A stretch of DNA of 64,000 nt from an uncultured candidatus Porisulfidus sp. (GCA_965215125.1 OZ244052.1:1984001-2048000); one strand, 5' to 3'; counted from the stretch's first letter, positions 1 to 10,732 are shown. Numbers and translations are program-made. The notes: generated by a model from the letters alone, not told the origin.

Positions 1-606
1 TGCGAAGCGGACTAAATTTTTTGCCGTTTCGCTATCTATACCGGTTTCTTTGCATAAGATTTCCTGCTCTATTTCGGAGCTCGGGTAATTGAATTCTATT
101 GCCACAAATCGCTGCCTCGTACTTTGCTTGAGATTTTTTAATACACTCTGATAGCCGGGGTTGTAAGAGACCGTCATACAGAAATCATCGTCGGCGGAGA
201 TTAGTTCGCCACGTTTCTCTATAGCCAGCAAGCGTCTATCGTCGCACAAAGGATGGATCACGACAGTGGTGTCTTTGCGTGCTTCCACAATTTCGTCCAA
301 GTAGCAGATGCAGCCGTAACGTACTGCACGGCTGAGCGGACCGTCTATCCAAGTTGTTTCGTTGTCTTTGAGTAGATAGCGACCGACCAAATCGGATGTG
401 CTTAGATCGTCGTGGCACGAGACGGTAATCAGAGGTTTTTGAAGTTGCCATGCCATATACTCTATAAAGCGTGTTTTTCCACAACCGGTAGGTCCTTTAA
501 GCAATATCGGTAATTTATTGGCGAAGGCTTTAGTGTAGACTTCTATTTCGTCGGCGGTACTGAGATAGAGTGGTTCTTTATCTATCGAATATTCCTGTAC
601 TTCCAT
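1..606 (-). CDS. CbbQ/NirQ/NorQ-family (MoxR-type) AAA+ ATPase, 3' end outside the window
   Basis: Absent from the ORF track; translated by hand from ATG at 606: MEVQEYSIDKEPLYL...LLKGPTGCGKTRFIEYMA...VSCHDDLSTSDLVGRYLL...WIDGPL...CYLDEIVEARKDTTVVIHPL...SYNPGYQ...LKQSTRQRF. Walker A/B and family motifs are present and the frame stays open to base 1. Confidence 0.9.
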   Translation of the reverse strand, partial: MEVQEYSIDKEPLYLSTADEIEVYTKAFANKLPILLKGPTGCGKTRFIEYMAWQLQKPLITVSCHDDLSTSDLVGRYLLKDNETTWIDGPLSRAVRYGCICYLDEIVEARKDTTVVIHPLCDDRRLLAIEKRGELISADDDFCMTVSYNPGYQSVLKNLKQSTRQRFVAIEFNYPSSEIEQEILCKETGIDSETAKNLVRFA

Positions 607-609
607 AGT

Positions 610-1872
610 TTAAGTGGTCTCCAATTTTTTCAAACGTTTGGTGATTAAGCCTTTTTTCATTTTTACATACTTCGGTATGCCCTTTTCATAAGGAGGATAA
701 TCTTCACCCTCTATCAACGGGCGTATGTAGTTATCACAAGCAGCCGTGGTGTTGAGTCCGTCTTTGTTTATGTATTCTTTGGGCAGGGTGTGTTCACGGT
801 TGGCAACCTTACTCAGAGCGACCGAGCCGACTTTCCATAGGTACGGTTTGTCCGATAATCTAATGATGGTTAACATCACCGCATTATGTCCGGCAAGCGC
901 GAATTCTATTGCCTGTCGTCCTAATGTATAAGCCTGTTCTACATCGGTATTAGACGCGATATGCCGCGCCGAGCGTTGCAGATAGTCGGATACCGCCCAA
1001 TGGCATTTGTAACCCAGTTTGTTTTTGATAATTTTTGCGATTAGGGGTGCTACGCCGCCTAATTGCGTATGTCCGAAAGCATCGCATGCACCGCTTTCGG
1101 AGAGGAATCTACCTTCTCGATCTCTTAATCCCTCCGATGCCACAACCACGCAATAACCCCTATCTTCAACTTGTTGCTTGATTTTTGTTAGAGTTTTTGC
1201 TTCGCTCCACGGCACTTCGGGGAGTAAAATCAGGTGAGGTGCATCTCGTTTAGAGCAACGCGCAAGCCCGGATGCCGCTGCAATCCAACCTGCGTGTCTG
1301 CCCATCACTTCCAAAACGAATACTTTGGTTGAAGTAGCAGCCATCCCGGCGACATCGAATGCGGTTTCTCGTACCGAGGTCGCGATATATTTTGCAACGC
1401 TTCCAAATCCCGGACAGCAATCGGTCAGCGGTAAATCGTTATCTATGGTTTTGGGTATACCGATGCAAGTTATGGGATAACCGAAAGATTGGCCGAGTTG
1501 AGATATTTTAAGGCTGGTATCTTGCGAATCTCCACCGCCGTTATAAAAGAAATAGTGGATATTATGTGCTTTGAATACCTCAATCAGCCTTTGATATTGT
1601 GCCTTATCTTCTTCTATTCCTTTGAGTTTGTAACGGCAAGTACCGAAGGCACTTCCCGGGGTATGTTTCAAAGCTGTAATGCTTTTATCGCTTTCATTCC
1701 CGGTGTCGATCAGCTCTTCGTTGAGAACGCCGAGTATGCCGTTATGTGCGGCGTATATTTTCTCTATCTTATCGGGGTAGCTTCGGGCGGTTTCTATTAG
1801 TCCGCAGGCGGTCGCGTTGATAACGGCTGTTGCTCCTCCGGATTGTGCGTAAAGAATGTTTGCTTTACTCAT
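610..1872 (-). CDS. 6-phosphofructokinase, probably pyrophosphate-dependent
   Basis: YAQSGG, NGGGDS (Asp at the specificity position), PKTIDND and EVMGRHAGWIA motifs. Confidence 0.9.
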   Translation of the reverse strand: MSKANILYAQSGGATAVINATACGLIETARSYPDKIEKIYAAHNGILGVLNEELIDTGNESDKSITALKHTPGSAFGTCRYKLKGIEEDKAQYQRLIEVFKAHNIHYFFYNGGGDSQDTSLKISQLGQSFGYPITCIGIPKTIDNDLPLTDCCPGFGSVAKYIATSVRETAFDVAGMAATSTKVFVLEVMGRHAGWIAAASGLARCSKRDAPHLILLPEVPWSEAKTLTKIKQQVEDRGYCVVVASEGLRDREGRFLSESGACDAFGHTQLGGVAPLIAKIIKNKLGYKCHWAVSDYLQRSARHIASNTDVEQAYTLGRQAIEFALAGHNAVMLTIIRLSDKPYLWKVGSVALSKVANREHTLPKEYINKDGLNTTAACDNYIRPLIEGEDYPPYEKGIPKYVKMKKGLITKRLKKLETT

Positions 1873-1922
1873 AGTTCTATTATAATGCTATCTTTTAATT
1901 TTTATTTTCTATTAAACTTGTT

Positions 1923-2567
1923 ATGAGAGTCATTTTATTAGGCGCGCCGGGTGCCGGCAAAGGCACGCAAGCGCAATTTATATGTAAGCAATATAGGATA
2001 CCACAAATTTCTACCGGAGACATGTTGCGCGAAGCGGTGAGCGGTCGCACCGAACTAGGACTGCAAGCCGAAGCCTATATGACTGCCGGTGATTTGGTAC
2101 CGGATAGTCTGATTATAGATTTGGTCAAGACGCGTGTTTCCGACCCCGATTGCGAAACAGGATTTTTGTTTGACGGCTTTCCGCGCACTCTCGCGCAAGC
2201 ACAGGCACTAGACGCACAAAGCATAGTCGTAGAATATGTGATCGAAATAGCGGTTCCCGACGAAGTTATCATAGAACGTCTCGGCGGTCGCCGTATACAT
2301 CAAGCGTCGGGGCGTACATACCATATAAAATACCAACCACCCGTGCAGCCGAGTAAAGACGATCTCAACGGCGAGGAATTAATACAACGCGAAGACGACA
2401 AACCCGAGGTTGTGAGCCAACGTCTGCAAAATTATCATCGTCAAACAGCCCCGTTGGTTGAGTATTATTCCCGACAAGCCGGTTCGAATCGCGTGGTTTA
2501 TAACGCGGTAGACGGCACCCTGAGTATCGCGGCGGTACAAAAGCAAATTATGCAGATACTGAATTGA
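1923..2567 (+). CDS. adk: adenylate kinase
   Basis: [26 protein letters not shown]. Confidence 0.97.
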   Translation: MRVILLGAPGAGKGTQAQFICKQYRIPQISTGDMLREAVSGRTELGLQAEAYMTAGDLVPDSLIIDLVKTRVSDPDCETGFLFDGFPRTLAQAQALDAQSIVVEYVIEIAVPDEVIIERLGGRRIHQASGRTYHIKYQPPVQPSKDDLNGEELIQREDDKPEVVSQRLQNYHRQTAPLVEYYSRQAGSNRVVYNAVDGTLSIAAVQKQIMQILN

Positions 2568-2603
2568 TGCAGGACTGCACAAATACAATATCAGCACAGT
2601 TCC

Positions 2604-3584
2604 ATGTCTTTTGAAGTTTTACTAAAAACCATTGGCAAACGATTTGTTGTAGAACACGGTGAAGCAGTACTTGAGGCGGCACTCAAGGCAGGTTTGAATG
2701 TTGCTTACGGTTGCAATAACGGGAATTGCGGTTTGTGTTCGGCACGTCTGCTCAGAGGTGAAATCGATAGAATCAAGGACTCCGATCATGTATTTTCCGA
2801 GAACCTAAAAGCGCAGAATTATTTTTTAATGTGCTCGCATACACCGATATGCGATATAGCCTTAGAGACCGAGATTGCCGATAGTAGCATACAAATACCA
2901 ATTCAACAATTTCGCGCTAAATTATCTAAGATAGATAGAATAGCCGAACAACTTGCGGTAGTGCGTATGCGGGTTGCGCGCAGCCATCGCCTTAGATTTA
3001 TGGCAGGGCAGTCGGTTGTCTTAAAACATCGAAATTACGGTAATCAATATTTATCTATCGCCAGTTGTCCTTGCGATGCGACCGAACTGGAGTTTCATAT
3101 ACAGTGCGACGACAACGAGAATCCTCGCAACTTATGCGAGCAGTACCGTATAGGAGAATGGTTTGATGTAGAAGGACCTTATGGACACTTTACTTTCAGC
3201 GAGAATTTAGAAAGACCGGTAGTGTTGATAGCCTGCGATACCGGTTTTGCCTCGACTAAGAGTTTGATAGAGCATATTGTCGCTCAAGAAAGTGAACTAC
3301 CGATACATTTATATAGAACCGGTCTTGAGATACCGGTCTACATGGAGAACCTATGTTTCGCATGGCGCGATGCTTTAGACCAACTGAAATACTCGACGTT
3401 GACCGACGCAAGCGATAATCCATTGTGCGTTGCCGACTGGATGCAACAGCTTACTTGCGACCACCCTCAACTTTCGGATATCGATTTTTATTTATGTTTA
3501 CCCGACAAGATCTCAGAGGCTATGAAATCCGCTTTACTTGAACACGGTGCATTAGCCGACCATATTTTCTGTCAACTGTCGTGA
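2604..3584 (+). CDS. 2Fe-2S ferredoxin / FAD-NAD(P)H oxidoreductase (CDP-6-deoxy-3,4-glucoseen reductase-like)
   Basis: N-terminal CNNGNCGLC...LMC cluster motif, SIAS, GPYG and TGFA motifs of the FNR-like family. Confidence 0.75.
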   Translation: MSFEVLLKTIGKRFVVEHGEAVLEAALKAGLNVAYGCNNGNCGLCSARLLRGEIDRIKDSDHVFSENLKAQNYFLMCSHTPICDIALETEIADSSIQIPIQQFRAKLSKIDRIAEQLAVVRMRVARSHRLRFMAGQSVVLKHRNYGNQYLSIASCPCDATELEFHIQCDDNENPRNLCEQYRIGEWFDVEGPYGHFTFSENLERPVVLIACDTGFASTKSLIEHIVAQESELPIHLYRTGLEIPVYMENLCFAWRDALDQLKYSTLTDASDNPLCVADWMQQLTCDHPQLSDIDFYLCLPDKISEAMKSALLEHGALADHIFCQLS

Positions 3585-3593
3585 GCGTATAGT

Positions 3594-4109
3594 ATGGCAA
3601 GTAAAGAACGTATATTCATTGCTTTGCGCCCCGCTGCGGAAACTTGCAAAGACTTAATTAAGATACAACAACAAGTGCTTGTAAGCGGCAAAATGATGCC
3701 ACCCCGGAGTTTGCATCTGACCTTGGCTTTTCTCGGCGATTGTGATCCCGAACGCAAGCAATGCGTACTAGATAAAATTACGAATATCAATATCAATGCA
3801 TTTGATATGACACTCGGAGAATTCGGATACTTTGAACACCACCGTATTTTTTATATAACACCGAGTATCGTACCCATAGAACTATTATCTCTGCACAAAC
3901 AACTATGTAATGCACTATCACCGTGCCGATTCAAGACCCCGCGCGCCTTTAAGCCTCATGTCACCCTCTTCAGAGGTGTAGTCACACCACCGTTCTGTGA
4001 ACCTCTAAATACTACCGTACGATGGCATGTTCGTTCGATTCATGTAGAACGCTCGGAACTCGGCTCGGAAGGTGCACACTATACGACCCTCAAAGAACAA
4101 CCGTTTTAG
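3594..4109 (+). CDS. thpR: RNA 2',3'-cyclic phosphodiesterase (2H family)
   Basis: RIFIAL, HLTLAFLG and PHVTL, i.e. two HxT motifs. Confidence 0.9.
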   Translation: MASKERIFIALRPAAETCKDLIKIQQQVLVSGKMMPPRSLHLTLAFLGDCDPERKQCVLDKITNININAFDMTLGEFGYFEHHRIFYITPSIVPIELLSLHKQLCNALSPCRFKTPRAFKPHVTLFRGVVTPPFCEPLNTTVRWHVRSIHVERSELGSEGAHYTTLKEQPF

Positions 4110-4256
4110 TATAACCCAACCATCGGATACCTTTTATATACTCAAATGCGACCGTTCGTCGGATAACGAATTCTCGGGTTTTGATATAGGTCAGTATTGC
4201 GAATAAGGTTGCGTGCGCAAGCACTATTTACAATTTTCAAGCAATAGGAGATAATA

Positions 4257-4517
4257 ATGTCTAAGCCAATTAATTCAAGCGAAGAGGTGTTCAACACGAT
4301 GCATAAACTGGAACGAGCAGGCATGTCGCGAGTCCAAGCCGAGACCACTGCGCGTGCGGTTGATAGCCAAGTATCAAACGGTGTTCAGTTGGTACTCGAA
4401 AAATTGGACGAAATTAAAAAAGATAATATCATTGCAAACACCATTATCGGTATTGGTTTTGCCGGCATCATTATTAGTCTGGTCGGTATTATGTTTGCAT
4501 TGTTATCGATAAAATAA
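4257..4517 (+). CDS. small DUF1640/CCDC90-like coiled-coil protein with C-terminal transmembrane helix
   Basis: KLERAGMSRVQAE motif, hydrophobic C-terminus, AGGAG RBS; paralog at 61848-62193. Confidence 0.6.
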   Translation: MSKPINSSEEVFNTMHKLERAGMSRVQAETTARAVDSQVSNGVQLVLEKLDEIKKDNIIANTIIGIGFAGIIISLVGIMFALLSIK

Positions 4518-4618
4518 GTGGTCTATTGCGATTGCATAAGGCCATTAAAAATATTTTATATATCAAAACCAACAGGCATCCACTCTATCTATGTCGGTTG
4601 ATACCGTAAATCAAAAAT

Positions 4619-6721
4619 ATGCACGAAGAACCTCTCATTGCGCCCGTCGCCGACCGTATTCCTACCGAGTTTTGCAATCACGACGATGTTCGGATCGACG
4701 AGTATGCATGGTTGCGTAGCCGGCATTGGCAGCAGATGTTGACGGATCCGACTAAACTGGAACCCGAAATACATCGTTATCTGAAAGCCGAGAACGCGTA
4801 CACCGAAGCGGAGATGAAAGACAGCGAGGATTTGCAGCAAAGTCTTTGTGAGGAGTTGCGAGGGCGTATTCAGGAAGAGGACCGATCGGTACCCGATAAA
4901 GACGGGGATTACGAGTATTATTTACGCTACCGCAAAGGCAAGCAGTACCCGATTTATAACCGTCGCCTGCTTGCCGATCAAAACGAGGAAGTGTTGCTGG
5001 ATGTCAATCATGCCGCCGAAGGGTCGGACTATTTTCGAGTTGTCGGCTTTAGCCATAGCCCCGATCATCGCTATATCGCCTATTGCGTAGACGATAACGG
5101 ATCCGAGTGTTATACCTTGTATCTACGCGACACGCATGGCGATATGCCGGCGCAGCGATTATTCGACCGCTTGCACGGCGACTTGGTTTGGTCTGCCGAT
5201 AGCCGTCATCTGTTTTATGTCAAGCTAAACGATGTCCACCGTCCCGATTCGGTGTTTCGTTACTGCATAGACGATGCGCCCGATAAAATTACGTTGATAT
5301 ATAAAGAACAAGACCCCGGTTTTTTCATCGATTTGTATCATACCCGTTCGCGCCGTTTCATCGTGATACACAGCCACGACCATGCGACATCGGAGGATCG
5401 GATAATTCCCGCCGATGCGCCCGAACAAGCACCCAAGTTGGTACGACGGCGCGAATTGAATACCGAGTATAAGACCGAGGAATGTCGTGGCAAATTACTT
5501 ATCCATAACAACAGTGCGGGTGCCGAGAATTTCAAACTCTCGGTTGCCGACATAGACAAGCCGACCGTCTGGCACGACATCTATGTTCCCAAGCTCGGCG
5601 TACTACTGGAAGATTTTATGGTGTTCGAGGATTACTTAGTGTGTCTGGAACGATGCGATGCCGCAACGCATATCGCACTGATACCGACCTCAATAGTAGA
5701 TCAACTCTCGCAGGCGCAAACGCAATACATCAACTTTGACGAACCGTGCTACGAGGCCGGTTTGATGGATATTTTTGAATACGATAGTCGGATACTTCGC
5801 TTTGAATATAGCTCGCCGAAGACACCGCGTTGCATCTACGATTACGATATGCAAAGTCATCGACGCACACTGCGTAAAGCGCAACGAATACCGAGTGGCT
5901 ATGATGCAAGCCGTTATAGCACACGGCAGCTTCGTGCGCGCAGCGACGACGGTGTGGATATTCCGATTAGCATAGTACATCTCAAAAGCACCCCGCTCGA
6001 CGGTAGTGCGCCGTTGTTGCTTTATGCTTACGGTGCTTATGGATACCCCATGCCGGCAGCTTTTTCCACGCATCGTTTATCTTTGCTTGACAGAGGATTT
6101 ATTTATGCGATTGCCCACATCCGTGGTGGCATGGAAAAAGGCTACGCGTGGTATAGAACCGCCAAGTTCAAGCAAAAGAAAAATACTTTCAACGATTTTA
6201 TAGCGTGTGCCGATTATTTGATAGAGCAAAAGCTCGGTTATCGCGGTGGCATTGCGATACACGGCGGTTCGGCAGGCGGTATGACGATCGGCAATGCAAT
6301 CAATACCGCACCCGAACTGTTCAATACGGCACTTGCCGAAGTGCCTTTTGTGGATGTGCTGAATACGATGTGCGATGCCGACTTGCCGTTGACCCCTCCG
6401 GAATGGCAAGAATGGGGCAACCCCATAGACGATTACGAACTCTATTGCTATATGAAATCGTATTCTCCTTATGATCAGGTTAAACGCCAATCTTACCCCA
6501 ACATGCTGGTGACGGCAGGATTGAGCGACCCGCGCGTAGGCTATTGGGAGCCTGCCAAATGGGTTGCGAAACTGCGTGCGTATAAGAAAGATAATCGTTG
6601 TTTGTTGTTAAAGGTGGATATGGGCAAGGGACACGCCGGTGCTGCCGGACGTTTTGATTATCTAAAAGAAATCGCGTTCAAATACGCATTCGTGTTGAAA
6701 AGTTTCGGCAAAAACAGTTAG
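4619..6721 (+). CDS. ptrB: oligopeptidase B / S9 family peptidase
   Basis: DEYAWLR, GGSAGG catalytic Ser, EVPFVDV, EWGNP, DPRVGYWEPAKW, GH. Confidence 0.9.
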   Translation: MHEEPLIAPVADRIPTEFCNHDDVRIDEYAWLRSRHWQQMLTDPTKLEPEIHRYLKAENAYTEAEMKDSEDLQQSLCEELRGRIQEEDRSVPDKDGDYEYYLRYRKGKQYPIYNRRLLADQNEEVLLDVNHAAEGSDYFRVVGFSHSPDHRYIAYCVDDNGSECYTLYLRDTHGDMPAQRLFDRLHGDLVWSADSRHLFYVKLNDVHRPDSVFRYCIDDAPDKITLIYKEQDPGFFIDLYHTRSRRFIVIHSHDHATSEDRIIPADAPEQAPKLVRRRELNTEYKTEECRGKLLIHNNSAGAENFKLSVADIDKPTVWHDIYVPKLGVLLEDFMVFEDYLVCLERCDAATHIALIPTSIVDQLSQAQTQYINFDEPCYEAGLMDIFEYDSRILRFEYSSPKTPRCIYDYDMQSHRRTLRKAQRIPSGYDASRYSTRQLRARSDDGVDIPISIVHLKSTPLDGSAPLLLYAYGAYGYPMPAAFSTHRLSLLDRGFIYAIAHIRGGMEKGYAWYRTAKFKQKKNTFNDFIACADYLIEQKLGYRGGIAIHGGSAGGMTIGNAINTAPELFNTALAEVPFVDVLNTMCDADLPLTPPEWQEWGNPIDDYELYCYMKSYSPYDQVKRQSYPNMLVTAGLSDPRVGYWEPAKWVAKLRAYKKDNRCLLLKVDMGKGHAGAAGRFDYLKEIAFKYAFVLKSFGKNS

Positions 6722-6751
6722 AATACAAATCTTTATCGGATTATCAATACC

Positions 6752-7261
6752 ATGTCATCTGAAAATACATCTGTCGATGATATACTCGTGGGTATCGTGA
6801 TGGGGAGCCAGAGCGATTGGCCGGTAATGCGTTGCGCTGCCGAGATGCTGACGCGCTTCGCCGTGCGTTTTGAACCAAAAGTCGTGTCGGCGCATCGCAC
6901 ACCGGAGTTGATGTATCAATACGCGCAAAGTGCCGAGTCGCGCGGATTGCAGTGCATTATTGCCGGTGCCGGCGGTGCTGCCCATTTACCGGGAATGATC
7001 GCATCGTTGACTACACTACCGGTATTGGGTGTGCCTATACCCACCGCGCATTTGAAAGGGCAAGACTCTTTGTTATCCATCGTGCAAATGCCCAAGGGTG
7101 TGCCGGTTGCGACTTTTGCGATTGGTGATGCGGGTGCGGCAAATGCCGCTTTATTTGCGTGTCGGATGCTCGCAGCACATTCTCAATCGCTACGAAAAGC
7201 CTTAGAGGATTTCGGACAAGCGCAGCAACAGGCTGTGCATAACAGCACTCTAGAAACCTAA
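6752..7261 (+). CDS. purE: N5-CAIR mutase
   Basis: [31 protein letters not shown]. Confidence 0.97.
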   Translation: MSSENTSVDDILVGIVMGSQSDWPVMRCAAEMLTRFAVRFEPKVVSAHRTPELMYQYAQSAESRGLQCIIAGAGGAAHLPGMIASLTTLPVLGVPIPTAHLKGQDSLLSIVQMPKGVPVATFAIGDAGAANAALFACRMLAAHSQSLRKALEDFGQAQQQAVHNSTLET

Positions 7262-7268
7262 GTTCGAA

Positions 7269-8438
7269 ATGAATAGCTTAGCTCCCGGCGCAACCTTAGG
7301 AGTACTGGGCGGCGGACAATTAGGTCTGATGTTCGTCAAGAGCGCACAAACGATGGGCTATCGTTGTGTCGTTTGGGACCCTGCCGGCGATAGTCCCGCC
7401 GGGCGTATTGCCGACCTACACATCAAGCAGCCGTTTTCCGACGATACGGCATGTTCACGGTTTGCGCAAGAATGCGACACCGCTACTCTGGAGTTTGAGA
7501 ATGTTCCGGTGCAGCTCATCGAACGCTTGGAAAAATATGATCTGCAGACCAGGCCTTCCGCACATGCCTTAGACATTGCTCAGGACCGTATCACCGAGAA
7601 GACCTTTATCGCAAATGCCGGTGTTGCAACTACGCCTTTTTATCCGGTGCGTTGCGCCACCGATATAGACGAAGCATTTGAGCATTTGTCGTCTCCGCTT
7701 ATGTTAAAGACCGCCCGTTTAGGCTATGACGGCAAAGGGCAAAGAGTGGTTGATAGCGTGGCGCAGGCCAATTCGGCATTTGATGAGATGAAGCAAGTAC
7801 CGTGCGTTGCCGAAAGCCGTTTGCAGCTTGTGAGTGAGATTTCGGTGGTGCTGGCACGCTCGCAACAGGGGATATGCGAGTTTTTTCCGGTTGCCGAGAA
7901 CGTACATAGAAACGGTATATTGCATTTATCCCGAGTGCCGGCGAGTGTAGATGAGACCCTGCAAGCACAAGCTCGCAACGATGCTCGACGCATAGCCGAC
8001 GCACTGGAATATCAAGGTGTCTTAGCCGTTGAGTTTTTCGTTAAAGATACCGAGCAGGGTAGAGAATTGTTCGTCAATGAAATCGCGCCGCGACCGCACA
8101 ACACCGGACATTACACCCTAGATGCTTGCCTAAGTTCGCAGTTTGATCAGCAAGTAAGAATGATGTGCAACTTGCCTGCATCCGACACGCGACTATTAAT
8201 GCCGGTGGTGATGGTCAATCTACTCGGTGATTTATGGGAAAACGGAGAACCGCAATGGGATATTCTATTAAAAGATCCGAGGTTACGGTTACACTTATAC
8301 GGCAAGCGGCACCCGCGCAGTGGTAGAAAAATGGGACATTTTTGTTTGTTGGATGAAGCCTTCGATATTGATCTCAACGCATTACAAGATCGCGCCGAGC
8401 AATATCACCGAACATTACTGGAAGATGCGTTGCGATGA
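7269..8438 (+). CDS. purK: N5-CAIR synthase (ATP-grasp)
   Basis: GGGQLG, EFENV, GYDGKGQ, NEIAPRPHN, YGK...RKMGH. Confidence 0.96.
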   Translation: MNSLAPGATLGVLGGGQLGLMFVKSAQTMGYRCVVWDPAGDSPAGRIADLHIKQPFSDDTACSRFAQECDTATLEFENVPVQLIERLEKYDLQTRPSAHALDIAQDRITEKTFIANAGVATTPFYPVRCATDIDEAFEHLSSPLMLKTARLGYDGKGQRVVDSVAQANSAFDEMKQVPCVAESRLQLVSEISVVLARSQQGICEFFPVAENVHRNGILHLSRVPASVDETLQAQARNDARRIADALEYQGVLAVEFFVKDTEQGRELFVNEIAPRPHNTGHYTLDACLSSQFDQQVRMMCNLPASDTRLLMPVVMVNLLGDLWENGEPQWDILLKDPRLRLHLYGKRHPRSGRKMGHFCLLDEAFDIDLNALQDRAEQYHRTLLEDALR

Positions 8439-9412
8439 TAAATTGCCGAGCCTTTCGTATCCATAAAAAACCGTTTCACGCCGGCTTTGAAACCGTGCCG
8501 ATAGGAGAACCCGAAGCGGGTCAAGTTTTGGTTAAAGTTCATTATTCGGGAGTTAATTATAAGGATGCTTTAGCCGGCACCGGCACCGCGCCGATTATTA
8601 GAAAAGAAGTATTGACGGGGGGCATAGATTTGGCAGGTGTGGTTGAGCATAGCACGGTGTCAAAATTCAAGAAGGGCGACGAGGTGTTGGCAACCGGCAG
8701 TGGTTTAGGAGAGATATACGACGGTGGTTATGCACCTTATGCAATCGTGCCTGCCGATATACTCATGCCCGTACCGTCGCGGTTGGATTTGCGTACTGCG
8801 ATGATTATAGGCACCGCCGGTTTTACCGCAGCACTGAGTCTGGAGCGTATGCTACAAAACGACCAATTACCCGAGTTGGGTGCGGTTGTCGTGACCGGAG
8901 CGAGCGGTGGTGTCGGAAGTTTTGCCGTGCATTTTCTCAACCGACTAGGCTTTGAAGCGGTTGCGGCAACCCATAAACAGCAAGCCGGCGAATACTTAAA
9001 GAGTTTGGGTGCTACCGAAATAATAGGCGCGATTAGTCCGGTAGACGGCGCATTGGCTGAAGCGACATGGGGCGGTGCGATAGACAATCTAGGTGGCAAC
9101 ACGCTGGCAACCTTGCTAAAGACCACTCGAAACGGCGGTAATGTAGTGAGTGTCGGTTTAGCCGAATCGTCGGAAGTGAATCTCACTGTGATGCCGATGA
9201 TTATCCGCGGTATCAACTTACTCGGCGTAAGTTCGGCAAATTGCCCGATGCCGTTGAAACGGAAAATTTGGCAAAGTCTAGGCGATAAATATCTGCCTAC
9301 CGTGGCACAAGCGATGCTGTACGACCTTGCCAAGCTGGAAGAATTGCCGATGTGCTTTGAACGACTACTAAATAGGCAAGTGCAGGGGCGTATCTTAATA
9401 GATTGCCGCTAG
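8435..9412 (+). CDS. YhdH/AcuI-family medium-chain oxidoreductase (acryloyl-CoA reductase-like)
   Basis: VNYKDALA, GIDLAG, GTAGFTAAL, VTGASGGVGS, IIRGINLLG. Confidence 0.85.
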   Translation: MINCRAFRIHKKPFHAGFETVPIGEPEAGQVLVKVHYSGVNYKDALAGTGTAPIIRKEVLTGGIDLAGVVEHSTVSKFKKGDEVLATGSGLGEIYDGGYAPYAIVPADILMPVPSRLDLRTAMIIGTAGFTAALSLERMLQNDQLPELGAVVVTGASGGVGSFAVHFLNRLGFEAVAATHKQQAGEYLKSLGATEIIGAISPVDGALAEATWGGAIDNLGGNTLATLLKTTRNGGNVVSVGLAESSEVNLTVMPMIIRGINLLGVSSANCPMPLKRKIWQSLGDKYLPTVAQAMLYDLAKLEELPMCFERLLNRQVQGRILIDCR

Positions 9413-9422
9413 GCTTATATAC

Positions 9423-9712
9423 GGGGCTGAAAGAATATTGGCATCGCACGAATAGAACTGCCCTGCATCACATAATTATGCAAACCACCTGTAGGGGCAG
9501 ACTATTCCCCTCCATAGGAGGGGAATGGACCACCCCGTCAGGCTGCACCTGCCACCCCTCCATAGGAGGGGAATACCACCCCGTCAGGCTGAATAGAACC
9601 GCCGATTGAACCAGTAGGTCAATCGGCGTGACTTTGTTCAGAACCTCAACATAACTGCTAAACGCATGCATTGCAAAATGCATAGGCCACCCCTCCACAG
9701 GAGGGGAATGGA
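9423..9712. repeat. composite palindromic repeat cluster (REP half, CCCCTCC/GGAGGGG hairpins, CCGATTGA/TCAATCGG hairpin)
   Basis: Segments recur near-identically at 22964-23075 (inverted) and about 28708-28845. Confidence 0.85.
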
Positions 9713-9801
9713 CCATCCCCTTCTTTGTTGGGTGAACACGGCAAATAATGATACTATATAGCGTTCTAACAATTTGAAAGAAAGCAAAAAGGAGTTTTTG
9801 A

Positions 9802-10719
9802 ATGGAAGACAGAGACGGCTGGATATGGTACGACGGAGAGTTCGTACCATGGCGCGAGGCGCGTGTTCACGTACTAACACATACTTTACATTATGGAATG
9901 GGGGTTTTTGAAGGGGTCAGAGCATACAGAAGCGACGAAAGTACGGCGATTTTTCGTTTGCCGGATCATACCCAAAGGCTGTTCAATTCGGCCCGGATGA
10001 TGGACATAGAGATACCTTATACCGAGCAGCAGTTGAATGAAGTACAAAAGGAGGTATTGAGAAGAAACAATCTAAACACTGCTTATATACGCCCGATGAT
10101 TTTTTACGGTGCCGAAGGGATGGGCTTGCATACCAACGAATTGAAGGTGCATGCCATCGTCGCAGCTTGGGAATGGGGTGCTTATTTGGGAGAAGAGAAT
10201 ATACACCGAGGGATTAGCGTCAAGGTTTCTTCTATTGCGCGTTATTCGGTTAAGACCGCAATGTGCCGCGCAAAAGCGAACGGTTATTATATTAATTCCA
10301 TGCTGGCTCTTCAGGAAGCACAGCGGCACGGCTATGACGAAGCGTTGATGCCGGATGTAGACGGTTATCTTGCCGAAGGTAGCGGCGAGAATATATTCAT
10401 CTTGTCCAAAGGGGTGCTTTATACACCCGATCTAGGTTGCGTGTTGGACGGCATCACCCGCCGTACGATTATGGAGCTTGCGCGCACCGAATTAGGTTTG
10501 AAAGTAGTAGAAAAAAGAATTACTCGCGACCAAGCTTACATTGCCGACGAGGTGTTCTTCACCGGTACCGCAGCCGAGGTCACGCCGATACGCAAGATTG
10601 ACGAACGGCAGATTGCCGACGGCACGCGTGGTCCTATTACCGAAAAATTACAATCGCTCTATGCCGATGTTGTCACCGGACGCAACGAGCGATACCGAAA
10701 GTGGCTGGACTTCATTTGA
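9802..10719 (+). CDS. ilvE: branched-chain amino acid aminotransferase
   Basis: HTLHYGMGVFEG, AKANGYY, EGSGEN, GITR, TGTAAEV. Confidence 0.96.
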   Translation: MEDRDGWIWYDGEFVPWREARVHVLTHTLHYGMGVFEGVRAYRSDESTAIFRLPDHTQRLFNSARMMDIEIPYTEQQLNEVQKEVLRRNNLNTAYIRPMIFYGAEGMGLHTNELKVHAIVAAWEWGAYLGEENIHRGISVKVSSIARYSVKTAMCRAKANGYYINSMLALQEAQRHGYDEALMPDVDGYLAEGSGENIFILSKGVLYTPDLGCVLDGITRRTIMELARTELGLKVVEKRITRDQAYIADEVFFTGTAAEVTPIRKIDERQIADGTRGPITEKLQSLYADVVTGRNERYRKWLDFI

Positions 10720-10732
10720 TACACACGACGAG

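Noticed and set aside
236-484. 82-aa minus-strand ORF
   Set aside because: It is an alternative frame inside the CbbQ/NorQ-like gene (606 to <1).
10541-10732. N-terminal extension of hldE in the ORF track
   Set aside because: It overlaps ilvE by about 180 bp; HldE homology begins at Met 10733.
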